Source: Octopus vulgaris
Taxonomy: Eukaryota
Direction: 5' to 3'
Length of the DNA stretch: 64,000 nt
Assembly: GCA_951406725.2 (NCBI GenBank)
Contig: OX597820.1
Span: 95,852,001 to 95,916,000 of the forward strand
Shown: positions 1 to 14,068 of the stretch, piece after piece
Position numbering within the stretch: position 1 is the first letter of the stretch
Layout: each line of letters starts with the position of its first letter
Made by a program: the position numbers and the translations under genes
Notes under the pieces: generated by a model
Told to the model about the DNA's origin: nothing
The model's input: the letters and a program-made list of their open reading frames with translations, nothing else
Database searches by the model: none

Positions 1-133
1 AAGAAGAAGAAGAAGAAGAAGAAGAAGAAGAAGCAAAAGAAGAAGAAGAAGAAGACGAAGAAGAAGACGAAGAAGACGAAGAAGAAGACGAAGAAGAAGA
101 AGAAGCAAAAGAAGAAGAAGAAGAAGAAGAAGA
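1..133. repeat. (GAA)n microsatellite
   Basis: Read directly. Confidence 0.97.
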
Positions 134-758
134 ATGTGTGGGAAGAGGGTCGAAAGTGTGACTCACACTGTTAGTGGTTGTGAAAGACTTGCGCAGAATG
201 AGTTCAAGCGTAGGAAACGACAAAACAGCCCGAAACCTTTCACTAGCTACTATACCGTAAGTGTGGATATGAGGTTACGGGTGCTTGGTACCAACATACA
301 AGATAATGGACTGAAAGGGAAGGCAAAAATCCTCTTGGACTTTGATTTCCAGACAGACAAAGTTTTAGAGCACCGAAGGCTGGATATAGTAACCTTTCAG
401 AGGGACAAACAAGCAGTGCCAGGCGATCAACATGTCATCATGAAAGAAAGAGAAAAATTGATAAATATGGAAACCTGAAAATTGAGATCGCTAAAATGTG
501 GCAGCTACAAGAGTCGCACATACATGTTATCTATTCCTGTTGTCATCGGAGTATTGGGTTCAATACCACCCAATCTGAAAAATAAACATCTGAAAACTTC
601 AGAGATGCCCTACAATCTGGATGTATTGTAAAAGTCGGCATTACTTGGAACTGCACGTCTATCTGAGGTCATTGTTGTGACTTGACAAACAGTCAAACCT
701 CCGCTAGATACCATATCTTCAATGAACAACTTCACAATATTGTATACTGTGCGACATC

Positions 759-759
<1 letters not shown>
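134..759 (+). mobile_element. Dong/R4-like non-LTR retrotransposon 3' fragment (CCHC plus RLE endonuclease)
   Basis: CGKRVESVTHTVSGCERLAQNEFKRR, KILLDFDFQTDKVLEHRRLDIV, VVIGVLGSIP and KSALLGTAR motifs. It lies between (GAA)n and (TAA)n. Confidence 0.8.
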
Positions 760-811
<52 letters not shown>

Positions 812-1014
812 GCAAAATACTCTCTATGTAATCCCAAGGTTTAAAAGAAACCTTTTTTTTAATGTATTAGACATTCACTAGTACAACACCAAAAAAACCC
901 AAATACATGGCACACTAGGCATAACAACAACGTGAACTTCCAACCTGTTGTCTCTTGAGGTCTCTGGGTGAGACTTGGAGCCAACTTGTACAGACACAAA
1001 GCAAAAGTCAAACA

Positions 1015-1077
<63 letters not shown>
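760..1077. repeat. (TAA)n tracts at 760-810 and 1016-1077
   Basis: Read directly. Confidence 0.95.
808..1016 (+). mobile_element. Extreme 3' end and UTR of a Dong/R4-like LINE
   Basis: Begins IRKILSM* (R4-type C-terminus), followed by a UTR-like segment; flanked by (TAA)n on both sides. Confidence 0.5.
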
Positions 1078-1632
1078 GAATGCCCTGATGCAGTACCAGA
1101 CAGTGGCTCTCATGGCTTCTGATCTTAACTGATTGGGGGTGTTATCATGTACATTATTTTGTCTTGGTATAAAAGATGGGCTACAGTGAATATTCCGCTT
1201 AATACCACATATTTCTTTGTCAGTTGTTTGACCATAACCAGTTGAGCATGTCCCTTGGTGGCTGACGATATGTGCATCTTTGATCATGAGCAGAAGTAGT
1301 GGGGGAATATCATAGCCATATGTTGAGAGGGATCCTTTGGGGATGGGATAATTCACGTCTGGAAACATAGGTAATTTCGTTCAACAACCTTAAAAACCCT
1401 TATTCAATAACCTTTTGAGCGGGGTGGGCTACTTAACCTCAAGAAAATCCTGACCTCCTGCAAGGCCACGCGCTGTATATCTTGATATGCGATCACCATA
1501 TCGCGCACATATGGTTGTGATGGATGTGCCTAGTGTACTCTTATCAGTCGGGTAGTCACGATGGCTATACTGGGCTTCGTATATTTTATCCCAGTGTCAC
1601 TTTGACGACATGCACTGTTCTCTCACTCAATG
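1078..1632. repeat. Interspersed non-coding repeat abutting (TAA)n
   Basis: Sub-fragments recur in the window: atcatagccatgtgttgagagggatcctttgggg at ~2514-2547 and cttgtcagttgtttgacc at ~10196-10212. Confidence 0.5.
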
Positions 1633-1766
1633 ATAACTGCCTCCCTCCACTCTTTCTCTTTCCCCTCCTCTTCCAATGGGTTCTCAGTACTACTGTAATC
1701 ATTCACTCGAGAGGATAGCCATTTAACAGCTCTCTCCCAGTATCTTCTTCTTATTATTATTATTAA

Positions 1767-2690
1767 GGCAGTTAGGTGGCACAATCGGTAGCAAGCCGAC
1801 GAAATGCTTAGCAGAATTTCGTCCGTCTTTACGTTCTGAGTCCAAATTCCGCCGAGATCAACTTTTGGGGTCGATTAAATAAGTACCAGTTACGCACTGG
1901 GATCGATGTAATCCACCTAATCACTTCCCCCAAATTTGAGGCCTTGTGTTTCCAACAGAAAGGATTATTAAGGTGGTGAGCTGGAAGAACCGTTAGCATA
2001 CTGGACTAAATGCTTAACGGAATTTCGCGTGTTGTTACGTTCTGTGTTCAAATTCCGCCGAAGCCTACTTCGCCTTTCCTTCTTTTGGGCCGATAAATTA
2101 AGTACCAGTGAAACACTGGGTCGATGTAATTGACTAGTCCCCTTCCCCCAACTGTCAGGCCTTGTGCCTTTAGTAGAAAGAATTATAATTATTAAGGCGG
2201 GATAAGGCGGCGAGCTGGCAGAATTGTTAGGACGCTGGACAAAATGCTTAGCGGTATTTCGCCCATCGTTTCGCTCCGAGCTGAAATTCCGCCGAGGTCT
2301 ACTTTACCTTTCATTTTATCGGTTCGATAAATTAAGTACCGGTGGAATACTGGGGTCGATGTAATCGACGAGTCCCCTCCCCCAAAATTTCAGGCCTTGT
2401 GACTATAGTAGAAAGGATTATTATTATTACCATTAAAAAGTGGCGTAATCGTTAGCATGCCGGGGAAAAATGCTTAGCGGCATTTCATCACGAGTAGAAG
2501 TACTGAGAGTTTATCATAGCCATGTGTTGAGAGGGATCCTTTGGGGATCTGAGTTCAAATTCTGCCGAGGTCGACTTTGTTGCTCATTATTTTGTGGCTG
2601 ATAAAATAAGTGCTTGTTGACCCCTGGATTCGACGCATTCGATTTATTCACTGCCCAGATTTTACTGGCCCCCTGCCAAACTTTGAAACC
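1767..2690 (+). mobile_element. Head-to-tail array of 4 SINE family A copies (tRNA-like head, Deu/Nin-like core, (ATT)n tail)
   Basis: Repeated ggc..gctggcagaa.cgttagc..gaaatgcttagcgg..gagttcaaattccgccgaggtcgactttgcctttcatcctttcggggtcgat..agtaccag. Confidence 0.85.
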
Positions 2691-3218
2691 ATTTTTACGA
2701 AAGTGAACTGGTAGATTTATTTGTGCGTCGACAAACAAAATGTTTTGAGGTATTTGTTCTGTTACCTTATGTTTTGTGTTCAAGTTTCATTTTATACTTT
2801 CGGAGCTTATAATATAAAGTTCTAGTCAAGTAATGCTGTTGCAGTTCTTGAGACAAAATTTGAAACTCATGTCTGTCTCTCCCTAGTATTAAAACTGAAG
2901 TTCAGAATAACAAAAAATGTGACTATAGCGATACTTTAAAAGAATGTCAGTAGAAGATTTTCATGAAACCATTTATTATTTAGTCTTTTTGTATAAGAGA
3001 AAAGCAGGTCTTCAGCCTAATGAGGAAAACAATCAATAGTAGTGTTGCAGCAAAATCTGAAGAAGCAGAAGAAAATATCAAACTTTGAGTGGGAAGTTTG
3101 TTATAAAATCGTTTGACTTACGTATGCATATATGCGTTTCTGGGTGCATTATTGTTTATATCTATACACATGGTTGCACGTATATTTTAGATAGATATTT
3201 GTGGGTGTGCAGATATGC

Positions 3219-3221
<3 letters not shown>

Positions 3222-3261
<40 letters not shown>

Positions 3262-3344
3262 CATACATGTATAAAACAACATAAATATAAGTATACAAAT
3301 ATGCGTATATATATGCATTTATATATGTATATACGTGTAATATA

Positions 3345-3396
<52 letters not shown>

Positions 3397-3540
3397 TAGA
3401 TGAGAAAGTTGGTTTGTGAAAGCAAACTATGTCATTGTAAGAAAAAAATTTATAATATTCTTCAGACATATTGACTCAAATATATATTTTTTAACCTTTT
3501 AAAACAAGCCTTCTGTAGTCTTTTCACTTTTTACTATTTT

Positions 3541-3622
<82 letters not shown>

Positions 3623-3654
3623 CACACACATATATATACATACATATATACATG

Positions 3655-3702
<48 letters not shown>
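3222..3702. repeat. (TA)n/(TG)n microsatellite cluster
   Basis: Read directly. Confidence 0.95.
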
Positions 3703-3706
<4 letters not shown>

Positions 3707-4766
3707 CCTTTTACATTATATACGTTGTGCATATATACACCCACACATGTATGTTTATATCTGCATGCATTCATTGAAAATCTTTATCCTTGAATGATTG
3801 CAGCAAATTCATAGCCACTAATGTTGGCGCAACACCAGAAGTTTTAAGAACAGAGTTTTAATTAAAAAGATCAACACTAGTTCGTCACTGGTACAGAATT
3901 TTGTCGATCCTGGTCGGATAGAAAGCACACTTCAGAAACTTAAATGGCAAAATTAGCTCCCATTTCTCAAATGCCAATCACCCTTTTTCATTATTTTCAA
4001 CTTAAGTACTTTTGAATCTCACCAGACTCTACAACCCAAAATATCACCAATCTTCTAGTCTTCATTCTTCCTCTCTTCCTCATCATCATTACCATCATCT
4101 TAGTCTTCTCTTCTTCCCCTTCTTCATCTTCTCCGTCCTCTCTACACTTCCTTCCTTTCTTATTCCTTCCCTCCAATGTTTCATCTTCCTGTTTGCTTCC
4201 TTTGCTCAAATAGTTAATGTTTTATTCAATCAACTAAAATATCCTTTCTGTAAACTCACACATTTATATTACAACCACTAAATTTCCTACAAAAGCTGAA
4301 ACAAAGCATTCATACATACATAAATACATACATACATACATACATACATACATACATACATACATACATAATACATACATACATACACATGTACATACAT
4401 ACATACAAACGTACATACTTATATACGTACGTACATAGATACGTACATACATAAAGCTGACGATCAGTGAAAAAATAGAACATCCACGCTGAGAAATCTG
4501 CAGTTACTCTATCGGATAGAGTCTATCCAGATTACATGTTCAGGTTTATACTTATAATCACTGGGGCCTTGGGATATGTAACACACTGCCTATAGATCTA
4601 ATCCATCACTGGAACTGTTAAAATCTGTAAAACTTTCCAGATGTTTATCATTTGAATATATATATGAGCAACTATATGCATGAATATACATATATAAAGC
4701 AAAACATACAAATCTGCACGCATACATACGTATATACATACATGCATTCATGCATACATACATACA

Positions 4767-4800
<34 letters not shown>

Positions 4801-5288
4801 CAAAAATACCCTGTTGTTGATGTTAGGTTAGAAACCGGCTCTTTCTCTATTGGCAGGAAATTTTGAAATAAAACTGAACAATGACATACATTCATATGCA
4901 TGCAATTTATATGTACGTATATACTGGAATACATCGGCTTAACCATTTTGTTGGCTCAGACATATGATCGTCAGGTGATAGATTAAGTGTGAAGCAAATT
5001 GATCATTAAAACGACAGCTATTAGCGCTTTTACTACAACAAAAATATCTAATTTGTCATTTACGTATAGCAATAACATTATTTCTTTTTAATTATTTTAT
5101 CAAAACCTGAACTTATGCTACTCGTTTGTGCTCATCATTTGATATGTCTTTGTCGCACGTATTTAGTTCACTTGAAATAGAACGATTCCTATGTTTTCTT
5201 TTCAAATGTTTAAGAGTTCCTTGTTCCTATGTCAGTCTTGGTTTTCTTTATGAATTTCACCATAGGAATTCTTTCTTAATTCTTTTAA

Positions 5289-5680
5289 GGCGACTACCTG
5301 GCAGAAACGTTAGCACGCCGAGCGAAATGCTTAGCGGTATTTCATCTGCCGTTACGTTCTGAGTTCAAATTCCGCCGAGGTCGACTTTGCCTTTCATCCT
5401 TTCGGGGTCCATTAAATAAGTACCAGTTACGCACTGGGGTCGATATAATCGACTTAATCCGTTTGTCTCTCCTTGTTTGTCCTTTCTGTAATTAGCCCCT
5501 TGTATGTAGTAAAGAAATAGGTATTTCGTCTGCCGCTACGTTCAAATTCCGCCGAGGTCGACTTTGTCTTTCATAATTTCGGGGTTGATAAATTAAGCCC
5601 AAGTTGCGTGCTGGGGTCGATCTAATCGACTGCCCCCGTCAAAAAAATATTCGGGCCTTGTGCCTAGAGTAGAAAAGAAA
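5289..5680 (+). mobile_element. SINE family A, dimeric
   Basis: Two core copies separated by the ccgtttgtct..cccttgt..agtaaagaaatagg tail. Confidence 0.85.
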
Positions 5681-6943
5681 ATCACTTATGAAAAAATCTC
5701 TCTTTTGCTCTCGTTACTAAAATGGACGCAGATAGTTGGTCTCTCATTTCGATACCACCGATTAGCTCTACCGACACCTCTGGTCATTCATGTTGCATTC
5801 ACGCCCGACCCAGTACATACAATTATGCCTACTTCTTTCCCAGCAGAACATCGTCCTTTTCAAATCTTCTCTCTACTCTACGGGTTGACTTCCAACACTT
5901 TAAAGAGAATAATAATCGCATCAATTTCACCGGCATAGATGTGTCTACAAGTGTCATAGGTACCGGCTCAACCTCCAGACTCAGTAAGAAGAACAAAACA
6001 TATGCCATCGATACGTTTTAATTAACTAGAGTTCCACAGAACAAAACTGAATAAGACATATGCGTGTAATAATTTACACGTTCATGTATACTCGGATAGG
6101 GAAGGAACCTCCGCGGAGGAAATAGTCTCGGGAGGAACTGCGGCTACATCCGCAATGAGAGGTCTTTCCATGTCTGAATGTACACAAGCAAGCTAAATAC
6201 GAATGTACAATCATATATATTATTGATTGCAGCTTCATGTAAGTCCAATTAATTAGTTCCAACCTGAATGAGTCTGACGCTCATAAAGGACTTCCGTTCA
6301 TAAAGGGCTGTGAAAGCTGATTTCGTCTTCGTGACTGATAAAACGTAATGGTATGGACACACATGAGACTTAGTTTTCGATGGCGTTATTCGTTCATATG
6401 TTGTGTGTGAGAAAAAGTTTCTTCCGAAGCGATAACCGCAGAAAAGTATCTTCCTATGTTGGAATGTACACGAAGGTATTAAATATGATTGTGCACACAC
6501 ATATATATATATGTTTGAAATTATGATATAGATAAGATCTTCTAATATTTTGCGTAAAAGATATATTTCGCAGCGCAGATATTCATCTAATATTTTTCGA
6601 TGTTGGTATTGTGTTGGGTTTGCAAAGAACCAGGTAATATTATCTCCACGGTAGTAACAAAATGGCGCAAAAATTTGTCTTCAAGTACAGAAGCAGTAAC
6701 CTACGATCTATGTTTCCTTGAATCTGTAGCTTTTGTAGCAATATATATAGGATAGATCGTTCGCCACTACACACACTTTTTCTCTCCTTTTTCTTCTCTC
6801 CTTGTTTTTTTTCTGGGTCCCTTTCTGTAGAAGAGCTTAGGATCGAAACGTAAAAGACTTTTTCTATTCCTGAGCGTTATACTAATACATCTGTTTATTT
6901 TGTACACCACCTGTCTTCGTCTTTTGTTTTTTTCGTAAACTCT

Positions 6944-7000
<57 letters not shown>

Positions 7001-7684
7001 TACATATACGCATACACATACATACATACATACATACATATGCATAAATTTATGTATGTATGAATGTATGCATGTATACACAAGTCTGCAATTACGTTAC
7101 TATATTGGAACCACTGTCACATTAATAGTGATGTTGTGAATATAAATATGAGAAGAAATTTACATTATAATGATAAATAAAAAACGAAAGAATAGGTAAA
7201 AGAAAAAAATTAACGTTAAATGAGAAAAGTAGCGCAAGGATAGTTGAGAAAATTTAGGATGTTTAACGAAGTAATGATGTCTTTAAAAGGAGCAAATGAG
7301 AATTCAAAAATACACACATACAAGCTCATACACACACATACAAACACTCACGCGGGCGGGCGCGTGCACAGACATACAGTAAAAGACAGGGAATGTATAA
7401 TTATAAAAATCTCGGAAGAAAATAGGAAGTTTCTCAGGAGAAATAGGCTAAGAATATTACATTTCATGTCTATTTACCAATTACTACGCTAGTTTATAAG
7501 AAAAGTTAGACGAAGATTGGTTTCACAGAAAGATTTGATGGTGAGAATCCCGCACACATGAAGGAATAATTGGAATGTTGAACTATATTGAACTATCTAT
7601 ACAACAACTTTTTGAATCTGGAATCCTGGTTCGAGTCTGATTTACATAATTTCAGACTTTGATAAAATATATATAGTTCCCAAA

Positions 7685-7792
<108 letters not shown>

Positions 7793-8749
7793 AATATTAT
7801 ATGTAGATTAATATTGCACTGTTAATCTACAAATATATACAACGGAGCACCGGCCAGTGACCACTTGTTCTCGCTGTTCTATACTCCTGTGTGTATGTGT
7901 GTGTATGTGTGTGTGTGTGTATGTGTATGTGTGTGTATGTGTATGTGTTTGTGTTTGTGTTTGTGTGTGTGCGTTTGTGTGTATACGTTTAGATGTATAT
8001 ACATGTATATACTTGTAGATATCTGCATTCCTCTAGAATGCTTACGTATAATGGAATTATAACTTCGGTTAGAATGCGTGGTTTCATAATACCGTTGCCT
8101 GGCAACAAACTATTTTGATATTCGAATTATTGTTGAAATTGTTTTATGGTGAACTGTGAACATTTTGCTAGAGTTTGCTATTTCTGTTACGGTTTATTAT
8201 AAATTACCTTTCTCGTCTCTTCATTTTCGAAATCGCGCTAGATTTACGTGTTCTTATTGTTGCTTAGGTTCTAGCTCGACCTTATTCAAGCAAATATATG
8301 ACATAAGCATTCAAATAACTATAGATATGTGATTTTATCTATTAGCTGCCGGTTTTGATTCTTAGTCTTTCGTTCTCCTTTTCATCTTCATTATTATCAT
8401 TTGTTTTTGTGGAGTAATGTCAACATTGCTATGTAGAAGTCATTCCTTTCAGCCCATTAAGAAATGTTTTATTTTGAATTTTTCTTTTCTATTTATTGTT
8501 AGAGATTTTGTTGTTTTAACCTTTTCCATTTTCTGCGACACTTTGTGCACATTCCACTGCAACCATTAGCTATTTCACGTCATACGATAATGGAATAGTG
8601 CTAAAGGTTGCTAATGTTATAGGGCTGTGTTTACTCCCTTGCTTCAGGCATTAGATGTTTTTTTTATAAATATTCCCAACGTTTCGACTGATGCACAAGA
8701 GGGTCATGTGAAACCTGGGGACTATGACTAAATGACACGCGTAACGAAT

Positions 8750-9370
8750 AGATGTGTATCAAGCGATCCGCTTCTTTAATAAGGTTGCAGTTTCTGCGTT
8801 AGAAACTGAGAATTATTGCTCTTGTTGCTGCCTCGGATGGGCACTAGTACTTTCTTTTCTTTGTTTCCTGGTTTAGTATTTCTAGTCCTTCAAAGAAAAA
8901 GTATGACATTGTTCTTATGGCAAATGTGGAAGCAACTAATGCTTTTTTGCCTTGTACCATTAATCTTGTCTTTTGTCACGCCGCCCTCAACTGTACACAG
9001 TTCTTGTATGGTTGTGCGGCCTTCGAGTGTCATTGAGACGCTCCTTCATTGCTTATCATCTCTCATTAGCCTTGCTTTAACTACACACCCATATTTCTTT
9101 ACAAAAAGAGACAAAGAGCCACGGACCCACAGTGATTCTAATAGCTCTTATCGTAATTATTGTATTTCTTTTGCTCTATATACTGGGGTACAAGTGTAAG
9201 AGCGGAGATATCTGTAACAATTTCAGTCAGTATTTTGCTTGAATCGCCCGTTTTAAAAGTGAAGCAGAAAATGCTAAAATTTTTCCTTTTACGGTTGAGA
9301 GGCATTCTCCCGAGTGTTTGTTGTAGTTGTTATCTTAAAATCAAATACAACAGTGCCATCTCTTCTATAT
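8750..9370 (-). mobile_element. Possible decayed LINE ORF1 relic
   Basis: Minus frames LTLVPQYIEQK and TVEGG..SCFHICH loosely resemble the ORF1-like piece near 63000. Confidence 0.3.
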
Positions 9371-9962
9371 AATTGACATTTAATCTTTTTATTATTCCCT
9401 CTTGTAGGGGATCTTGCAGCAAAAGAATACTACTTCTACGAAATTATTCCAGCTATGTTTTCCTTGCAATCATGGTTAGTGTAAAAATTCAAATTCAGTT
9501 TATTCTAATTGTCTTAGAATAAAGACAAAGTTAAATATAATACAACCAGCACGTGAGAGATTTAAGCTACCTGAATTTGTGCGAGTGCCGCAATTGTTAT
9601 TATCTATGTAAATCTTCTGAATTATTGCTAAACACTTTGGAATATTTTCCTATTATTTGTTCATTAAAATGTAATGAATTATTTTCGTTCATAAAAATGT
9701 AATTTTTTCTTAATTTTATTCATTAAGTTTGATATTTTGTGTTGGCGTTGCTTTCTTCGTTTGCCTGCTGTTAGAATATTTGGTTGTATAATATGTTTAT
9801 ACCTATTAACACTTTGAATGTAGTACAGCTAAGCGAAGAAGATAAACAAATTAAGCGCAAGTTTTCGTCTAGTAATTATAATCTTTCAAGCAAGTACTCC
9901 AAAGAAAAGGCTATGAATTTGGTTGAGCAGCGGAGTGAAATAAATACAAGGACGCCAGTAAA

Positions 9963-10038
<76 letters not shown>

Positions 10039-10074
10039 TAATAATAATAATAATAATGATAATAAATAATAATA

Positions 10075-10114
<40 letters not shown>

Positions 10115-10245
10115 TTCCTTACTACTCTAGGTACAAGGCCTGAAATTTTGGGGGAGGGGGAAGGGCAAATATTCCTTTCAATAACAGAGGTTTGCTTGTC
10201 AGTTGTTTGACCTTAATAATAATAATAGTGATAATAATAATAATA

Positions 10246-10317
<72 letters not shown>

Positions 10318-11007
10318 CTGATGACGACGACGATGATGATGATAATGAACGGAAGCTTTCGTGCAATGAGTGATGTCGACAGATTACACGTATCCAGAAA
10401 GAAAGGAGGAAGAGGACTTGTTTGTTGTGAAGATATGTGGGAGCTTTACCAGCCAATGCAGAAAGAATATATGCGGCGCCATGATAGCGTAGTAAAAATT
10501 GTTCACTGGGAGCTTTGAGAAAAATACGGTCTTGAAAAGGCTAGTCGGTGGTATGAGTAAATAACAGAAGGCTTTATAAAAGATGATGATGCTAAGATTT
10601 TATGGGACTTTATGTTACAATGTGACCGTGAAATTGAACATCGCAATGCAGATATGTTGGTGGTTAACAAAGTCACCAAACTATGCTTGATTCTATATGT
10701 GGCTTGACAATAAGGTTTGTGATATAGAATTTAAGAACATTGAGAGGAACGAACTCCTAGCATGGGATGTAAAATATTTGTGGGCAATACTTTGGTCCCA
10801 GATGTTTTCGGGCATTTGATACTATGAGTACCAAAATTCAAAGCCATTTAAAAACAATCAAGGGAAACATCAGGGTGGGGCACTTACAGAAAACATTACT
10901 TGGAACTGATAGAATATTTAGAAAAGTAGTTGACAACTGAAAGCCCGCTGGCTGTGGATAGCTGGCACCGGTATTTCCCCACCGGCAACAAATGCTGGTG
11001 ACAGATG

Positions 11008-11099
<92 letters not shown>

Positions 11100-11102
11100 A
11101 TA

Positions 11103-11142
<40 letters not shown>
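9963..11142. repeat. (TAA)n / (TAG)n / (GAT)n tracts interleaved with Dong-like and SINE insertions
   Basis: Tracts at 9963-10113, 10216-10347 and 11009-11142. Confidence 0.95.
10350..11008 (+). mobile_element. Dong/R4-like LINE, deleted 3' part
   Basis: SDVDRLHVSRKKGGRGL, KEYMRRHDSVVKIVHWEL, AKILWDFMLQCDREIEHRNAD and LQKTLLGTDRIFRKV motifs, flanked by (TAA)n. Confidence 0.8.
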
Positions 11143-11143
<1 letters not shown>

Positions 11144-11169
11144 CCTTACTACTAGGATTACAAGGCCTG

Positions 11170-11727
11170 AAATGGGCAAATGGAAGGCCCCGGGACCAGA
11201 TGGATTTCATGGCTACTGGATCAAAAGATTTGGTGAATGTCATGCACGAATAGCTGCGCAACTCAACACCTTGTTAAATACCGACCAAGTAACACCAGAG
11301 TGGTTGACATTGGATAGGACAGTGCTGTGCTTGAAAAAAAATCGAAAGAGGCAACACGGTAGACAATTACAGGCAGATATCCTGTTTGACTCTTATGTGG
11401 AAATTATTGATTGGAATGTACAAACATCTGGAAAAAATGGAATCCTGCAACATGAGTAGAAGGGTTGCAAGCGTAAGTGCAGTGATACCAAGGATCAACT
11501 CCTGATGGACAAAACTGTACTTAGAGACTGTTAGAGGAGGAAAAGTAGCTTAGCCTCGTCATGGATTGACTATTGTAAGGTGTATGATATGATCCCTCAT
11601 ATATCTTGGATAATGGAATGTATGAACCTATTTGGTATTGCATCGAATGTTGAGCGATTGCTTGGAAAAAGTATGGTGAATTGGAGGACCAAGAAAAAGT
11701 ACCAAGAAAAAGAGGGGGAAGAGGACT
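11170..11727 (+). mobile_element. Dong/R4-like RT N-terminal fragment
   Basis: [39 protein letters not shown] and WIDYCKVYDMIPH motifs, then a deletion to VPRKRGGRGL. Confidence 0.8.
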
Positions 11728-11729
11728 TA

Positions 11730-12107
11730 TTGTTGTTCTTGTTGCTGCTGTTGATCGAACAGTCTTCGTCCCAGAGCTCGCAAGATGTGGGAGAAGTCCG
11801 AAACGTGCTCCTTTGCTATTCGTAAGACCCGCAGAAGAGAGAGCAGGTCAACCCCCGACACCGAGAGCATCGACGGATGGATGAATGCGCATCCAGGCTC
11901 AGCGGTTGCGTAGGAAGTCGGGAACAAGAAACAGAAAGAAAGAGTGAGAGAAGGTTGGGGCTAAAGAGTACAACACCTCTTGCCGGAGCCTCGTATAGCT
12001 TTAGGTGTTTTCGCTCAATAAACACACACAATGCCCGGTCTGGGAATCGAAACCGCGATCCTCCGACCGCGAGTCAGCTGCTCTAAGCACTGGGCTATTG
12101 CGCCTCC
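11730..12107 (-). mobile_element. tRNA(Arg)-like SINE (possibly octopus OR-type)
   Basis: Minus head ggaggcgcaatagcccagtgcttagagcagctgacTCGcggtcggaggatcgcggtttcgattcc has A/B boxes and TCG at the anticodon position; the tail is CAA-rich. Confidence 0.7.
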
Positions 12108-12350
12108 TGTTGCTGCTGTTGATTCATGTGCTACTATTACTATTAGTGCTACTGCTGCTGCTATTATTAGTACATCCAAGCCACCACTACCACCACAACC
12201 ACCATCACCACCACTTCTACTACTGGTTAGTCTTTTTGGAGAAGAAAACTGGAAGAATTAAAACATATACCAAAACAGCAACAACTACAAGTATTAATAT
12301 AAATACTTAAAGAATTTAAAGAACATTTAATAGTATATAGAAATACTTAC

Positions 12351-12422
12351 AAGATAGTAAGGCATTCTAAGTTCTTGAAGACGTTAGGTGGCAAATTTTC
12401 CAAAAGATTTGAACCAAGTTTT
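12351..12422 (-). CDS. 72-nt LRR coding exon of the same gene (downstream exon)
   Basis: Minus strand reads ttttttcttccttccag|AAAACTT...ATCTT|gtaagt, 72 nt, phase 2/2. It translates (L)KLGSNLLENLPPNVFKNLECLTI(L). It joins the 49548-49619 exon in frame (TT+A = Leu). Confidence 0.88.
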
Positions 12423-12700
12423 CTGGAAGGAAGAAAAAAATTCTATAGATTAGATGATTTCCATGGTATAAATTGCTTCCGTAATGTACAATAAATATTT
12501 CTTTTTTAAGCAGGAATTGCGTTATATTTGGTTGTATGGAAATGAGAATTTAATACGTTTTTGCGATAAACGTTCGTGGCAATGGGAATCACAATATAAG
12601 AGATTGAGTATCGGTGGACATAAAAGAATGATTTTCATATAAACTGAAATACTGCATTAATTATCTATCTCTGTATGTATGTATGTATATATATGTATAT

Positions 12701-12771
<71 letters not shown>

Positions 12772-13189
12772 TGTATACTTTCGCTCCTTACACGGATCAG
12801 AATGATATATCATTTCTTTGATTTTGAATGTTGTAGGCTATTACAAGTTATTTCGAGTGAACATATTATTCTTTTCTTCCTACATTTTCTCTAAAATAAG
12901 ATCATAACAGAGTGTAGTCGTTAATCATTCAAAACGGTTGGTGTTTAAATAAGATTTTATATGGTGGACATTTTTTGTTGGGCGATTTTATAATTAAAGC
13001 TATGATATACATCTGGTATGGCACTGTGGTTGAAATTTTCATTTTGCAACCGCGCAATTCCTGGTTTGGTTCATTGTGTTGCACGTTGGGCAAGTGACTC
13101 AGGTCGACCAAAGTTTTATGAGTGAAATTTGGTAGACGAAAACTACAGAGAAGCTCATCGTGCTTATGTATTAGTAGCTTTTAAACAAC

Positions 13190-13730
13190 TGACCCCGCAT
13201 GGGAAGATCTGCGAACAAATCTCTGACTTGTTTTGGAGAATCTGTAGTGATTGTCTCCTCCAGAGCCACATCCCAATGATGATCATATTTGTCGCAAAAA
13301 AAATCATGTAAAAAGATCGCTGAAAACAATCGAAGTAATGACAATGAATCCAAAATTTCAGGATTGCACGTCCGGATTTGGCCTGGAATGTTTTTAATTT
13401 ATTCACAGAGTTGGTCTTTAGATTATAAAAATTGTTTTCGTATAAAATTTTTGTCGCTAAAAGTTACGTAAAAAAAATGCCGAAAACAACAACAGTAATG
13501 AAGGCCTGGGAATCCAGAATATCAGGATTACGGGTCCAGATTCGGCCAAGAATGTTCTTAATTTCCACGGAGTCAGCCTGATTCTAAAACGGCATGATAT
13601 ATTGGGCTATGGCCACCAGGAGTAAAGTTGAAAAAGTGTAACACACTGACACACCGACACTCACATTACATTACATTACATTATATTATATTATATAATA
13701 CTATATTATATTATATTATATTATAGTAAG
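13190..13730 (+). repeat. Interspersed repeat with a ~170-bp internal tandem duplication (Helentron/HINE-like?)
   Basis: gaaaacaa..agtaatga..gaatcca.aat.tcaggatt.c..gtcc.gatt.ggcc..gaatgtt.ttaatt occurs at ~13322 and ~13482. It ends in an acac run and (ATT/ATATT)n. Confidence 0.45.
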
Positions 13731-14068
13731 GAGGATAGCTAGCAGAATCAGTAGCACGCCAGGCGAAATGCTTAGCGGTATTTCGACTGCTGTTACGTTC
13801 TGAGTTCAAATTCCGCCGAGGTCAACTTTGCCTTTTATCCTTTCGGGGTCGATTAAATTAGTACCAGTTACGCGCTGGGGTCGACTTAATCCGTTTGTCT
13901 GTCCTTGTTTGTTCCCTCTGTGTTTATTCCCTTGTGGGTAGTGAATAAATAGGTATTTCGGCTGCCGCTACGTTCTGAGTTCAAATTCCGCCGAGGTCGA
14001 CTTTTCCTTTTATCCTTTCGGGGTCGATCAAATTAGTACCAGTTACGCACTGGGGTCGATGTAATCGA
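13731..14068 (+). mobile_element. SINE family A, dimeric
   Basis: Same architecture as 5289-5680. Confidence 0.85.

Noticed and set aside
1767-2690. Regularly spaced repeats that superficially resemble a CRISPR array
   Set aside because: The units are ~200-bp SINE copies in eukaryotic DNA, with no spacers or cas genes.
9408-9474. Plus-strand pseudo-exon (DLAAKEYYFYEIIPAMFSLQS)
   Set aside because: It is isolated, with no partner exons or recognisable domain.
12035-12107. tRNA-Arg-like sequence
   Set aside because: There is no complete acceptor stem and it continues into a SINE body, so it is annotated as a SINE head.
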